DNA of 64,000 nucleotides, from positions 1 to 64,000 of the IMG/VR virus record IMGVR_UViG_3300045988_155520; one strand, 5' to 3'. Source of the DNA: a virus. This document shows, piece by piece, positions 15,995 through 24,526 of the stretch (position 1 is its first letter; each line of letters begins with the position of its first letter). The notes beneath the pieces are model-generated. The model saw only the letters and a list, made by a program, of their open reading frames with translations, did no database searches and was not told where the DNA came from. A program made the position numbers and the translations under genes.

Positions 15995-16021
15995 AAATCC
16001 AGAACTTATAATTCTGGATTT
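15995..16021 (-). terminator. intrinsic terminator
   Basis: AAATCCAGAA-cttataa-TTCTGGATTT, then a T-run on the minus strand. Confidence 0.5.
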
Positions 16022-16025
16022 AACA

Positions 16026-16244
16026 TTAGACTTTATTCATAATAGGTGGAGTCTCTTTTAAATATTCGTTTCGTAACTTATTATCATTAATTAGATTAGT
16101 TAAAATTTGTGCATGATAATTGCTACACAAACCACCGTTAAAATAAACAAGTCCTCTAAATAAAATAATATCTGAACCCTCTGGTAAGGTTCCTAATCCG
16201 TCAACCGTATAAGGTTTGATTAATGTATACTTTTTCTGTTCCAT
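16026..16244 (-). CDS. hypothetical protein (72 aa)
   Basis: ATG ORF, tightly coupled to the upstream gene. Confidence 0.55.
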   Translation of the reverse strand: MEQKKYTLIKPYTVDGLGTLPEGSDIILFRGLVYFNGGLCSNYHAQILTNLINDNKLRNEYLKETPPIMNKV

Positions 16245-16246
16245 TG

Positions 16247-17101
16247 TTATAATATTTTTCTTAAACGTTCTGATTCATCTGCAAGAGGTATAATCTCATA
16301 GTTTCCGTCTGGCTTTAGATAAACCAGTCTTCTTGTTATAATTTTAAAACCTAAATCTTGCAGTGGTATAGCATATGTAGACAATTGAAGTGTATATACC
16401 GATTGAGGTTCTTCAATATAATCATCAAATGGTGGTAAAAGTGTCTTACCAATTTGGCGATTATATGATTTAATTAATTCTTTATTTGTCTTATAGTCAT
16501 AAATACATAATCCACTCTTTTCTCCTGTTGGGTCATCGTAGTAAAACAATATATCAGCTGTACCTGCTAAATTCTGTTTCATACCTTCTGTGAACATCTT
16601 AGCTTCCGCTAATACTAAATGCAAATCTGGATGCAGCTCTGATTGAAATTTATATATTGCTTCTTGCTTTGGATGAGTTGGAATAAGCCAGTTCTTATCT
16701 TTAATATATTTTCGTTTGCAACTATCTAAAATAAGTTCTGGATGTCCAGCATTCACATACGCTAAAGATTCACCATATTCATGACACAATGTTCCTGTTA
16801 TGGTAGATTTTAAATTACTTATTTTCCATATATCTTGCCAATACTCTTTAGTATTACCATATTTTTCTGCATACTTGGAAGCCTGTGTTTCAGAATCAAA
16901 TTCATGTTCAAATTCACCAAGTCTTGTTGTGACAGATTTGAATAAATTATTTCTGTCATTCTTCAAATAATATATATGTGGTTCTTCTTCAAAAACCAAA
17001 TCTTTGAACTTATCCAATATGGTTGCACGAATTTCGGTTACAATCTTAGGTTCACCTTTTATTTCAAACATACCAGGAATATCCTTATATTTCTTCTTCA
17101 T
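16247..17101 (-). CDS. PD-(D/E)XK (RecB/Cas4-like) exonuclease
   Basis: Motifs GTADILFYYD, IYDYKT (D/E-x-K) and YTLQLSTYA (QxxxY). The track start at 17128 is a TTG; the first ATG (MKKKYKD) is at 17101. Confidence 0.75.
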   Translation of the reverse strand: MKKKYKDIPGMFEIKGEPKIVTEIRATILDKFKDLVFEEEPHIYYLKNDRNNLFKSVTTRLGEFEHEFDSETQASKYAEKYGNTKEYWQDIWKISNLKSTITGTLCHEYGESLAYVNAGHPELILDSCKRKYIKDKNWLIPTHPKQEAIYKFQSELHPDLHLVLAEAKMFTEGMKQNLAGTADILFYYDDPTGEKSGLCIYDYKTNKELIKSYNRQIGKTLLPPFDDYIEEPQSVYTLQLSTYAIPLQDLGFKIITRRLVYLKPDGNYEIIPLADESERLRKIL

Positions 17102-17147
17102 GATTTCTCTTAAAATATAATGTATCAATATTTACTACATGCAAAGA

Positions 17148-17260
17148 TGAACTACCAATGAACTAAAAACTCATTGGCTTCGGGCTTCATAGAGGAATGG
17201 CTTTCCAGAAGGTTAGCTCTTACTTCCTCTCCACCCGTGTAATCGACAGTCCCTGCCGAT
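17148..17260 (-). ncRNA. omega-RNA (reRNA)-like scaffold overlapping the tnpB 3' end and right end
   Basis: This 113-nt block is conserved in the two tnpB-less copies (4383..4495 and 27669..27781). The terminal hairpin covaries: CCAATGAG/TTCATTGG vs CCTATGAG/CTCATGGG. The position matches known TnpB guide-RNA genes. Confidence 0.55.
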
Positions 17261-18360
17261 GTGTTATTATTTAATCCGATACGAAGAATGTTAATTGCAG
17301 CATTAACATCACGGTCATGATGAGTATGACAAATCGGACACTCCCACTCACGAACAGATAAATCTTTAATATCTTTGTTGACATGCCCACAAACATTACA
17401 AGTCTGAGAGGATGGAAAGAATCTGTCTACCTTCACAATCTTCTTGCCGTTCCATTCAGCTTTATAAGTTAGCATAGTAACAAAGCTACCCCAGCCTGCA
17501 TCAGTAACGGACTTGGCAATACGATGATTCTTAACCATACCCTTTACATTCAGGTCTTCGATACAGATGGTATCATATCTTCTAACAAGAGAGATAGAAC
17601 ACTTATGTAGATAGTCAGCACGACTATTGGCAATTTTCTCATGAAGTCGGGCAACTTTGAGTTTTTGGCTTTCAAACCCTCTGCTACCTTTCTTCTTACG
17701 AGAAAGATGACGCTGTGCTTTTGCAAGTTTATGTTCGTATCTTCTGGTATATCGGTTATTCTTAAAAGTTTCCCCATATGAAGTGATAAGCAAGTTCTTC
17801 AAGCCCATATCCACACCAACTGATTTGCCTGTCTTCTTGAGAGGAGTTTCGTATTCTTCTTCCGTGAATACAGAAACTAAATATTTACTACTCGGAGTTT
17901 TTGTGATTATTATCTTCCCTATTTTCCCTTTTATCTCACGGTGCACACGGCACTTTATACCTTCAGTGAACTTGCGTATGAAAAGTCTTCCACCAGCTAC
18001 AGATGCCGATTGTGGAACGGTGAAACTGTTTTTAGAGTGTTTGGATTTAAAATTAGGAAACTTAGCACGCTTCTTAAAGAAATTGTTATAGGCTGCTTCA
18101 AGACTGCGGATAGCGAACTGCAGGGTTTGAGCGTTTACCTCCTTCAACCATGCAGTTTCTTCCTGCTTCTTTAATATGGTAAGCGTTTTAGCCTGCGCAT
18201 AGTAATTATCACTCTTACCAGTAAGTCTATATTGTTCCTTACGTTGATTGAGAAAGTAATTGTACACAAAACGAGTACATCCGAAATGCTTTGCCAGCAA
18301 TTCGGTTTGTGCCTTGTTCGGGTACAGTCTGAACTTATATGTTCTGTTTATCTTTCTCAT
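17152..18360 (-). CDS. tnpB: TnpB (IS605 OrfB-family RNA-guided nuclease), RuvC triad intact
   Basis: MRKINRTYKFRLYPNKAQTELL N-terminus. RuvC D (GVDMGLKN), E (ICIEDLNVKGM), Zn finger CNVCGH...CPICH, and D (DRDVNAAINI). Confidence 0.9.
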   Translation of the reverse strand: MRKINRTYKFRLYPNKAQTELLAKHFGCTRFVYNYFLNQRKEQYRLTGKSDNYYAQAKTLTILKKQEETAWLKEVNAQTLQFAIRSLEAAYNNFFKKRAKFPNFKSKHSKNSFTVPQSASVAGGRLFIRKFTEGIKCRVHREIKGKIGKIIITKTPSSKYLVSVFTEEEYETPLKKTGKSVGVDMGLKNLLITSYGETFKNNRYTRRYEHKLAKAQRHLSRKKKGSRGFESQKLKVARLHEKIANSRADYLHKCSISLVRRYDTICIEDLNVKGMVKNHRIAKSVTDAGWGSFVTMLTYKAEWNGKKIVKVDRFFPSSQTCNVCGHVNKDIKDLSVREWECPICHTHHDRDVNAAINILRIGLNNNTSAGTVDYTGGEEVRANLLESHSSMKPEANEFLVHW

Positions 18361-18368
18361 ATCATTTG

Positions 18369-18376
18369 CAAAGATA
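18369..18376 (-). promoter_or_regulatory. -7 promoter box of tnpB (near-leaderless)
   Basis: RC TATCTTTG, only 8 nt from the ATG at 18360. A TTTG lies 19 nt further upstream. Confidence 0.5.
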
Positions 18377-18399
18377 CAAAATATTTTTGTTATAACAAA

Positions 18400-18426
18400 A
18401 AATCCTCCATAAAATTAGGAGGATTT
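18400..18426 (-). terminator. hairpin terminator
   Basis: AAATCCTCC-ataaaatta-GGAGGATTT directly after the stop at 18429, then TTTT on the minus strand. Confidence 0.45.
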
Positions 18427-18428
18427 CT

Positions 18429-19349
18429 TTATCTGTATGAAATATCTGAACCAAATACTAATTGATTATCTTTATATCTTTCTTCATTATTGATAATAAA
18501 ATTAGGTACTTCCTTTAATTCACTTTTTGTCGGTATTTTATATAATTTATGCCCGAAATCACTTTCAGTAATTACTTCTTTTAAATCAAGGTTGTTATCT
18601 TTGTAGTTAAGGTCAAATTTACTATATAATTCTTTAAGATTTAAACACCTATCGTTTCCAATAAATAAATTAGCATAATCTAAGAAATATACATAATTCT
18701 TATTAGTAAGCATTTCCCATGATGTAGGATTAGGATTAGGTTCATGAAATTCTCCGTTTGATAAAAATCCGTTAGTAGCATTACTCTTTATACTAAAATC
18801 ACTATACCTTGTGATATTCTCTATTTTAAAATTAGGAGGCGGTACATTGTACTCTTTGTTTGGTCTTTCCCATGCCATTAGTTTAGCAAAATTATATCCA
18901 CGAGAAACTAACCCATCAATATTATTATCTACCATTCCAGCATCATTTAACCAGTTAGATGTCTTGTATCTAATCAATAGTGTCCATAAATTAGGATGTT
19001 TAGCACATAGTCCAACGGCTTGTTCCCTAAACTTTGTTTCGCCACCATTATTATCTTTCTCTAAGATAACTCTATATATAGAATCCCCATCACCGATATC
19101 ATCAAAATGTTTGCATAAGTCGTCCAATGTATTAAATGTTACTCTTAGGTTAACAATGCCATGGCACGCCCTCCAATAACTATCATCCCAAAAGATTCTA
19201 CAATCAAAAACTCTAACACCTAAATTGTAAAGTTGTTCTTCATTGCGTTCCTGACATTTCCATAATCCTTTATAACCTTTTAATATACCTCCTATTGGAA
19301 ATCCATTGTCTACACCTGCATATGTAAATAAATCATGTGCACATATCAT
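18429..19349 (-). CDS. PI-PLC X-domain-like phosphodiesterase
   Basis: CAHDLFTYAG ... EEQLYNLGVRVFDCRIF ... CHG resembles the PLC-like pattern (G)THDS..., QL..GvR.fDlR, HG. Confidence 0.55.
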   Translation of the reverse strand: MICAHDLFTYAGVDNGFPIGGILKGYKGLWKCQERNEEQLYNLGVRVFDCRIFWDDSYWRACHGIVNLRVTFNTLDDLCKHFDDIGDGDSIYRVILEKDNNGGETKFREQAVGLCAKHPNLWTLLIRYKTSNWLNDAGMVDNNIDGLVSRGYNFAKLMAWERPNKEYNVPPPNFKIENITRYSDFSIKSNATNGFLSNGEFHEPNPNPTSWEMLTNKNYVYFLDYANLFIGNDRCLNLKELYSKFDLNYKDNNLDLKEVITESDFGHKLYKIPTKSELKEVPNFIINNEERYKDNQLVFGSDISYR

Positions 19350-19365
19350 AATAATTTATCAAATT

Positions 19366-19405
19366 AAAAAACATAACAAGGATATTTTTATTACCCTTGT
19401 TATGT
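19366..19405 (-). terminator. intrinsic terminator
   Basis: 11-bp stem ACATAACAAGG (19371-81) / CCTTGTTATGT (19395-405), then TTTTT on the minus strand. Confidence 0.5.
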
Positions 19406-19415
19406 AATTATTATA

Positions 19416-22103
19416 TTATTTTTTAATCTGGTCTTTTAAATTCTTTATTTCATTTTCCAATTCTGAAATTTTCAAAATTAATAAAGAAATATAATCAACA
19501 GATTTCATTCCATCAGCACCATTGGTGACTAATTCTGATAAACCAGCTTTTTCAATATCTTGTGCAATAACACCATAATGTTTACTGTTATCAGATTTAA
19601 ATACATATGATTTTAAATTAACATTTTTAACTTTATCAATATCATTGTCTGATATAGTTTCAATGTTCTTCTTTAATCTCTCGTCTGAAGAATTTAAATA
19701 GGCAGGTGCTATCATACCCTCACTTGCCTGAATACCACCAAGTATACTCAAACCTTTCATTGAAGTGCCACCATGTGTTAATTCAACATCAGAAGTGATA
19801 GAGCCGTCATAGTTTATAGATAAAGCATTTTTTCTACTATTATTGTCTATACCAATACCAATTGTAAAAATTTGATTTGCATATACCTTATTGTATGTAC
19901 CACAAACAAATTGTGTTTCATTTTCAGCTATTGTATAAGAACCGCTTGCGTGAGAATTATTGCCACGTGCCATAGTATGATATCCTTCGGCATGAGAATT
20001 TTCTCCACTGGCTATAGTATTACTACCCTCGGCATGAGATTTACTGCCACCTGCTGTAGTACTACTTCCTTCTGAATGTGAATAATTGCCACCTGCAATA
20101 GTATGATATCCTTCCGAATGAGAAGTTTTACCTTTAGCTATAGTAGTTTTACCCTCAGCATGTCCTGAATCATCGTAAACCATTGTATAGCTACCTTCAG
20201 CATGTCCGCCATAGTTTCCTATTGTACCTTTGTTATGTAATGCGTAATCCCAAGTATTGAAATATCCATCCTTTTGTTTTTCAGTAGCTTGAGATGCACG
20301 TGTTGAAGCCTTTGGAACTCCTTCTTTTAAAGTCAATTTAATACGTTTATTTTCAGTTGAATTTGTAAATTTAGAGTTAGGTACTAATTCTGCATTTAAC
20401 ACATCAATAGCAACTGTTTGTCCATTATCTTTGACTAAACAATTCTTGTAATATGTAAGGTCTTCAGGGTATTCATCATTCGTAATGATATAAAGTTCTT
20501 TACTACCAGCAGCTACATCATCTGTGAAATTCATGGCTCTACTATGTAAACCTTCTACGTGGGTAACATCACCAAGTGAAATGCCACCAACACCTTCTAC
20601 ATGTGAAAAAGCACCAGCTGCATTGGTTGATTTACCCTCAGCATGAGATGTTACTCCCATCGCAATAGTCTCTCTTCCTTCAGCATGAGATGAAACTCCA
20701 ACTGCTTTAGTAGTATCACCCTCTGAATGAGATACATCTCCTTGTGCTATAGTATGACTTCCCTCAGCATGAGATGAAACTCCAACTGCTTTAGTAGTAT
20801 CACCCTCTGCGTGAGAATTACCACCACTCGCTGTAGTATCTAAACCTTCTACATGAGTATTATTACCACTTGCTGTTGTTGAAGAACCCTCAGCATGAGA
20901 ATTTTCTCCACTTGCAGTTGTAGAATAACCCTCTGCGTGAGAATCTCCTCCGCTTGCAGTAGTCAAGTTACCTTCGGCATGAGAGTCATCACCACTTGCG
21001 GTAGTCTTTTGTCCCTCAGCATGAGATGAAATACCAATTGATTTAGTATTTATACCCTCCACGTGAGAAGATTCTCCTTGTGCCGTTGTGCCGTTTCCCT
21101 CGGCATGAGAGTTATTTCCAATTGCTGTAGTGTAACTACCCTCTGTATGGGACATTGCACCTTTAGCGATAGTTAATTTACCCTCTGCATGTCCAGATTC
21201 ACCTAATACAATATTATATTGTCCTTCTGAGTGTCCACCATTTATTCTCCCTACGGCTATATTTATAAGACTATAGACATCAGAAGTGAATGTGAAATTA
21301 TTAGTATCATCATTATTTGAAACTTTTTCTAAAGGTTTTTCTAAAGTTAATTCTAAAACGTCACCTTCAAAGTAAATGTGTGGTGTATAATCACTTTTTT
21401 TATATGATATGACCTTGTTTTTTTTATCACTATAAATAAAACAATTTTTGATATAATCATCATTAACTGGTAAATTCATTGTAGAATTATTAATGTATAT
21501 TTTTGTATCTCCAATTGCAATATTCTTAACTAATTCTAAACTCTGTTTATAATATCCTTCTCCATGAGAGTTAGTACCGTTAACTATTGTATAACCTCCT
21601 TCTGCATGTGATGTGTCACCACTTGCAACGGTACCAGCACCCTCAGTATGAGACCAACTACCCATTGCTTTAGTGCCACCACCCTCAGCATGAGAAAAAT
21701 CACCACTTGCAGTCGTACTTCCTCCCTCTGCATGAGAATATTTACCTTTAGCATTACTTTCATTACCCTCTGCGTGAGAAAAATCACCACTTGCTTTAGT
21801 ACCTTTACCCTCAGCTATAGCACACACGCCTGTAGCCGTATTCACTTTATCACTCGGACTGGTTGGTATACCATTATCTAACACTGCAGAATAATCACCC
21901 TCGCCTTTCTTCCAAGGTCCAGTTTCACCATCTTTAAATCCCATTGTGATAATTGAGTCGTCACTTCCCTTCATAGCGAGGAATGGTTCTTCAACGTTAA
22001 AGTTAACAGCAATTTCGCCATACTTTAAATCTTCTGCTGTAGGTTTCTTACCTTTCTGTGAGCTTCTTGGCAGCTGCACATGCCTTTTTACATTACTTGT
22101 CAT
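19416..22103 (-). CDS. tail fiber/spike protein with SHAEG-type repeats and a C-terminal S74 intramolecular-chaperone domain
   Basis: Long array of GxxSHAEGxxTxAxG repeats. The C-terminus SDERLKKNIETISD...HYGVIAQDIEKAG plus a coiled coil is the peptidase_S74 auto-cleaving chaperone signature. Confidence 0.8.
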   Translation of the reverse strand: MTSNVKRHVQLPRSSQKGKKPTAEDLKYGEIAVNFNVEEPFLAMKGSDDSIITMGFKDGETGPWKKGEGDYSAVLDNGIPTSPSDKVNTATGVCAIAEGKGTKASGDFSHAEGNESNAKGKYSHAEGGSTTASGDFSHAEGGGTKAMGSWSHTEGAGTVASGDTSHAEGGYTIVNGTNSHGEGYYKQSLELVKNIAIGDTKIYINNSTMNLPVNDDYIKNCFIYSDKKNKVISYKKSDYTPHIYFEGDVLELTLEKPLEKVSNNDDTNNFTFTSDVYSLINIAVGRINGGHSEGQYNIVLGESGHAEGKLTIAKGAMSHTEGSYTTAIGNNSHAEGNGTTAQGESSHVEGINTKSIGISSHAEGQKTTASGDDSHAEGNLTTASGGDSHAEGYSTTASGENSHAEGSSTTASGNNTHVEGLDTTASGGNSHAEGDTTKAVGVSSHAEGSHTIAQGDVSHSEGDTTKAVGVSSHAEGRETIAMGVTSHAEGKSTNAAGAFSHVEGVGGISLGDVTHVEGLHSRAMNFTDDVAAGSKELYIITNDEYPEDLTYYKNCLVKDNGQTVAIDVLNAELVPNSKFTNSTENKRIKLTLKEGVPKASTRASQATEKQKDGYFNTWDYALHNKGTIGNYGGHAEGSYTMVYDDSGHAEGKTTIAKGKTSHSEGYHTIAGGNYSHSEGSSTTAGGSKSHAEGSNTIASGENSHAEGYHTMARGNNSHASGSYTIAENETQFVCGTYNKVYANQIFTIGIGIDNNSRKNALSINYDGSITSDVELTHGGTSMKGLSILGGIQASEGMIAPAYLNSSDERLKKNIETISDNDIDKVKNVNLKSYVFKSDNSKHYGVIAQDIEKAGLSELVTNGADGMKSVDYISLLILKISELENEIKNLKDQIKK

Positions 22104-22222
22104 GTTTATAATTTACTAAAAAGTATTATTATTGGGCATAAAAATGTCCTATTATTTTTTTTGTTATCTCTTTAATAAATATATTGATAAATTTATTAAA
22201 GTCACTACTTTTTAATAAAAAC

Positions 22223-22534
22223 ATGGCATTTGTTTATCTAATTACAGAAGAAAATAATATTGACTGTTATAAAATAGGTTCAACACGTAAAAATGATATA
22301 AATGAACGTTTAAAAGAACTGCAAACTGGTAATTCTGAGAAGTTATTAATTGCTAATTATTTTGAATGTGATAAACCATTTAAGTTGGAACAGATGTTAC
22401 ATCGTCACTATAGAAAATATAATCGTTTAAATGAATGGTTTAATTTAAGTAAAGAAGAAGTTGATAAATTCACTGAAGTATGTAAGAAATACCATAATAT
22501 AATTGTTTCATTAAAAGATAACCCTTTCTTTTAA
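22223..22534 (+). CDS. T5orf172/MUG113 (GIY-YIG-like) domain protein
   Basis: FVYLITEENNIDCYKIGSTRKNDINERLKELQTGN matches the T5orf172 pattern. The track start is a TTG at 22184; the first ATG is at 22223. Confidence 0.7.
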   Translation: MAFVYLITEENNIDCYKIGSTRKNDINERLKELQTGNSEKLLIANYFECDKPFKLEQMLHRHYRKYNRLNEWFNLSKEEVDKFTEVCKKYHNIIVSLKDNPFF

Positions 22535-22552
22535 AAATGGAAAAAGCAGAGA

Positions 22553-22942
22553 TTATTTCTCTGCTTTTCTTTTTATTTCTTTCATTTTTTCTCTAAGCAA
22601 CTTTTTCTGTAATTCTTCAGCTATGATTTCTCCGTGACATCTTAGCGGTTTACAGAAACATTGTAGATATACGTCTTCTCCGTTTTTATAGTGCTGATAT
22701 ATTTCATCAAAATCATGTGTAAGATACGGGTCTATCCCATAAGCACTATCAAAGTATCTACGATAAGCATCAACTGCTTCATCTCTTGTTCTGAATGTTA
22801 GTTTAGCAAGATTACTTCTTTTACCATTAAATGTATATGGATTTCCAAGTGGATTTCCATTTTTACTTCTCCCTATATAGAAGTTATTTGGTTTTGAAGT
22901 ATGGTCTTCTTCTTTGCAATTATAAACAGTTATCTTACCCAT
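22553..22942 (-). CDS. DUF4326 domain protein
   Basis: FYIGRSKNGNPLGNPY ... YLQCFCKPLRCHGEII fits DUF4326. The start is moved to MGKITVY because the track extension to 23008 overlaps tRNA-Leu. Confidence 0.65.
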   Translation of the reverse strand: MGKITVYNCKEEDHTSKPNNFYIGRSKNGNPLGNPYTFNGKRSNLAKLTFRTRDEAVDAYRRYFDSAYGIDPYLTHDFDEIYQHYKNGEDVYLQCFCKPLRCHGEIIAEELQKKLLREKMKEIKRKAEK

Positions 22943-22975
22943 TTGTTTATGTTTAAATGTGAAACATTCAAGTAG

Positions 22976-23061
22976 TAGCTCGAACGGGAGTCGAACCCGT
23001 ACACTCATTTCTGAATATTGAATTTTAAGTCCAATGCGTCTACCTATTTCGCCATCGAGCC
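22976..23061 (-). tRNA. tRNA-Leu (TAA), long variable arm
   Basis: RC: GGCTCGA-TG-GCG-AAATAGGTAGA-CGC-A-TTGGA-CTTAAAA-TTCAA-(17-nt variable arm)-ACGGG-TTCGACT-CCCGT-TCGAGCT-A. Confidence 0.9.
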
Positions 23062-23160
23062 ATATATCAGATTAGTTTAAATTATTTCTATTAAGTCTAC
23101 TTATAGTTGACTATCAAGTCTAATTTTAGACCAATATCTGATATGTTTTTAATTCTTTTG

Positions 23161-23168
23161 CAAAGGTA
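23161..23168 (-). promoter_or_regulatory. -7 promoter box upstream of tRNA-Leu
   Basis: RC TACCTTTG (TAnnTTTG). Confidence 0.45.
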
Positions 23169-23212
23169 GTAAAAAAGTTTTATCCCTGCAAATTTTTCTA
23201 ATAGTTTTAATA

Positions 23213-23347
23213 CTATTTAAGAACTCTTCTATCAATACGTCTTCTACCAGCACTTCCGTTTCTGATTGGTGAAGTAGGACGTGTAATAGTTCTTTTAACT
23301 TTTGGGACACCACTATTTACTCTACTTTTTTGACATGCGCAAGCCAT
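23213..23347 (-). CDS. possible small, highly basic protein (44 aa, below the track cutoff)
   Basis: ATG...TAG reads MACACQKSRVNSGVPKVKRTITRPTSPIRNGSAGRRRIDRRVLK and fills a gap in the operon. Confidence 0.3.
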   Translation of the reverse strand: MACACQKSRVNSGVPKVKRTITRPTSPIRNGSAGRRRIDRRVLK

Positions 23348-23376
23348 AATATTAAATTATTTTTAAATTGTTATTA

Positions 23377-23787
23377 TTAACCAACATAGTCATACAGACT
23401 ATCTAATATACGTTCGGTATTAAATGTTATTGGATATATCTCTTCTCCGTCAGCATCAAAAGCCCGTATATTATCTATATCAAGGGTTACATTGATTTCA
23501 TCTGGGTCATCAGGTACGTCATAATCATGACTCTTTAGACCTGGTTTTACTTCTCGATTAATATATATGTCGAATATGTATGATTCTCCTGCTTCATTTG
23601 CAAAATCTACTTCTCTATGCCATCCGTCTTCCCATCTATCAAAGTCATAGTTAGAATCCCAAATAGAAGAAATCAAACCTTCTGTAATATCAACAGGCTC
23701 GTTACTACTTTCCTTTATTACTTTCTTTAGGGTATTTTTTACGAGTCTATGTAAATCATTCTCTGTTAATCTAATTATCTTTTTCAT
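23377..23787 (-). CDS. hypothetical protein with the N-terminal LTENDLHRLVK motif
   Basis: MKKIIRLTENDLHRLVKNTLKKVIKES. The same motif is found in 32037..32327. Confidence 0.6.
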   Translation of the reverse strand: MKKIIRLTENDLHRLVKNTLKKVIKESSNEPVDITEGLISSIWDSNYDFDRWEDGWHREVDFANEAGESYIFDIYINREVKPGLKSHDYDVPDDPDEINVTLDIDNIRAFDADGEEIYPITFNTERILDSLYDYVG

Positions 23788-23848
23788 AAAAAACTATTTA
23801 ATATAAATAGTTGGATTTTGGCAATAAATATCAATTATTGCCAAAATC

Positions 23849-24526
23849 TTATCTCTTATTGCATTCAATTACTTTGTCAGCAATATGTAATTCGTCAACG
23901 GCTTCGCTACCAATAAACCAATTGTTTCTGTCGCAAAGTTTTTCCATCTCTTCGTATGTATGACCTGTATTTTGTGCAAGTACATTATATACATCTTTCT
24001 TACATCTTTGTGTTTCTGCAAATTCAATTTCCATATCACTAACAGTTCCTCGCATACTGCTACTAACTTGATGTATCATAACACGAGAGTGAGGTAGTAC
24101 ATATCTCTTTCCGATAGTACCATTACTCAGTAATACAGAACCCATAGAGGCAGCCATACCCATGCAAGTAGTAGAAACATCACAATCAATAAAGTTCATC
24201 GTATCAACGACTGATAAACCATCAACAACACTACCACCAGGAGAGTTTATAAACAACTGTATATCTCTTCCATTATCACCGTCTGAATTATTAAGATATA
24301 ATAATTGTGCATTTACCATATCGCATACTTCTGGTGTAACCTCTCCACTAAAATAGATAATTCTATCTAACATAAGTCGACTGAATACATCCATTTGTGT
24401 AACATTTAATTTTCTTTCTTCAAGGATATATGGTGTCATATTTTTAGTTAGATAATCCAAACTATCTCTTTTTACATTTGTTTTATCTAAAGCAAATTTT
24501 CTAAAGTCTTTTAATAAATTTGTCAT
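23849..24526 (-). CDS. clpP: ClpP-family serine protease
   Basis: INSPGGSV, GMAASMGS (Ser), RVMIHQ (His). The canonical ClpP core has a roughly 30-aa N-terminal extension. Confidence 0.85.
   Translation of the reverse strand: MTNLLKDFRKFALDKTNVKRDSLDYLTKNMTPYILEERKLNVTQMDVFSRLMLDRIIYFSGEVTPEVCDMVNAQLLYLNNSDGDNGRDIQLFINSPGGSVVDGLSVVDTMNFIDCDVSTTCMGMAASMGSVLLSNGTIGKRYVLPHSRVMIHQVSSSMRGTVSDMEIEFAETQRCKKDVYNVLAQNTGHTYEEMEKLCDRNNWFIGSEAVDELHIADKVIECNKR

Larger units (their letters stand above)
17148..18385 (-). mobile_element. IS200/IS605-family tnpB-only element; right end present, left-end hairpin not recognisable
   Basis: Contains tnpB with its own promoter and a right-end hairpin. No tnpA. 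No CCCAnAAG-tctttag-type left-end hairpin lies upstream of tnpB. Confidence 0.6.

Noticed and set aside
17783-18174. Antisense ORFs inside tnpB, and similar antisense ORFs inside other long genes (for example 21648..21881, 35150..35524, 37519..37881, 61365..61748)
   Set aside because: They are fully nested opposite strongly supported genes, have low-complexity composition, and lack their own promoter boxes.
19416-22103. CRISPR array or DGR variable region, suggested by the periodic nucleotide repeats
   Set aside because: - The repeats are in-frame coding repeats of one long ORF.
- There is no spacer/repeat architecture.
- No reverse transcriptase or template repeat occurs in the window.
22943-23008. 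N-terminal extension of the DUF4326 ORF (MSVRVRLPFELLLECFTFKHKQ)
   Set aside because: It is the translation of the tRNA-Leu 3' half. The internal ATG at 22942 is the plausible start.
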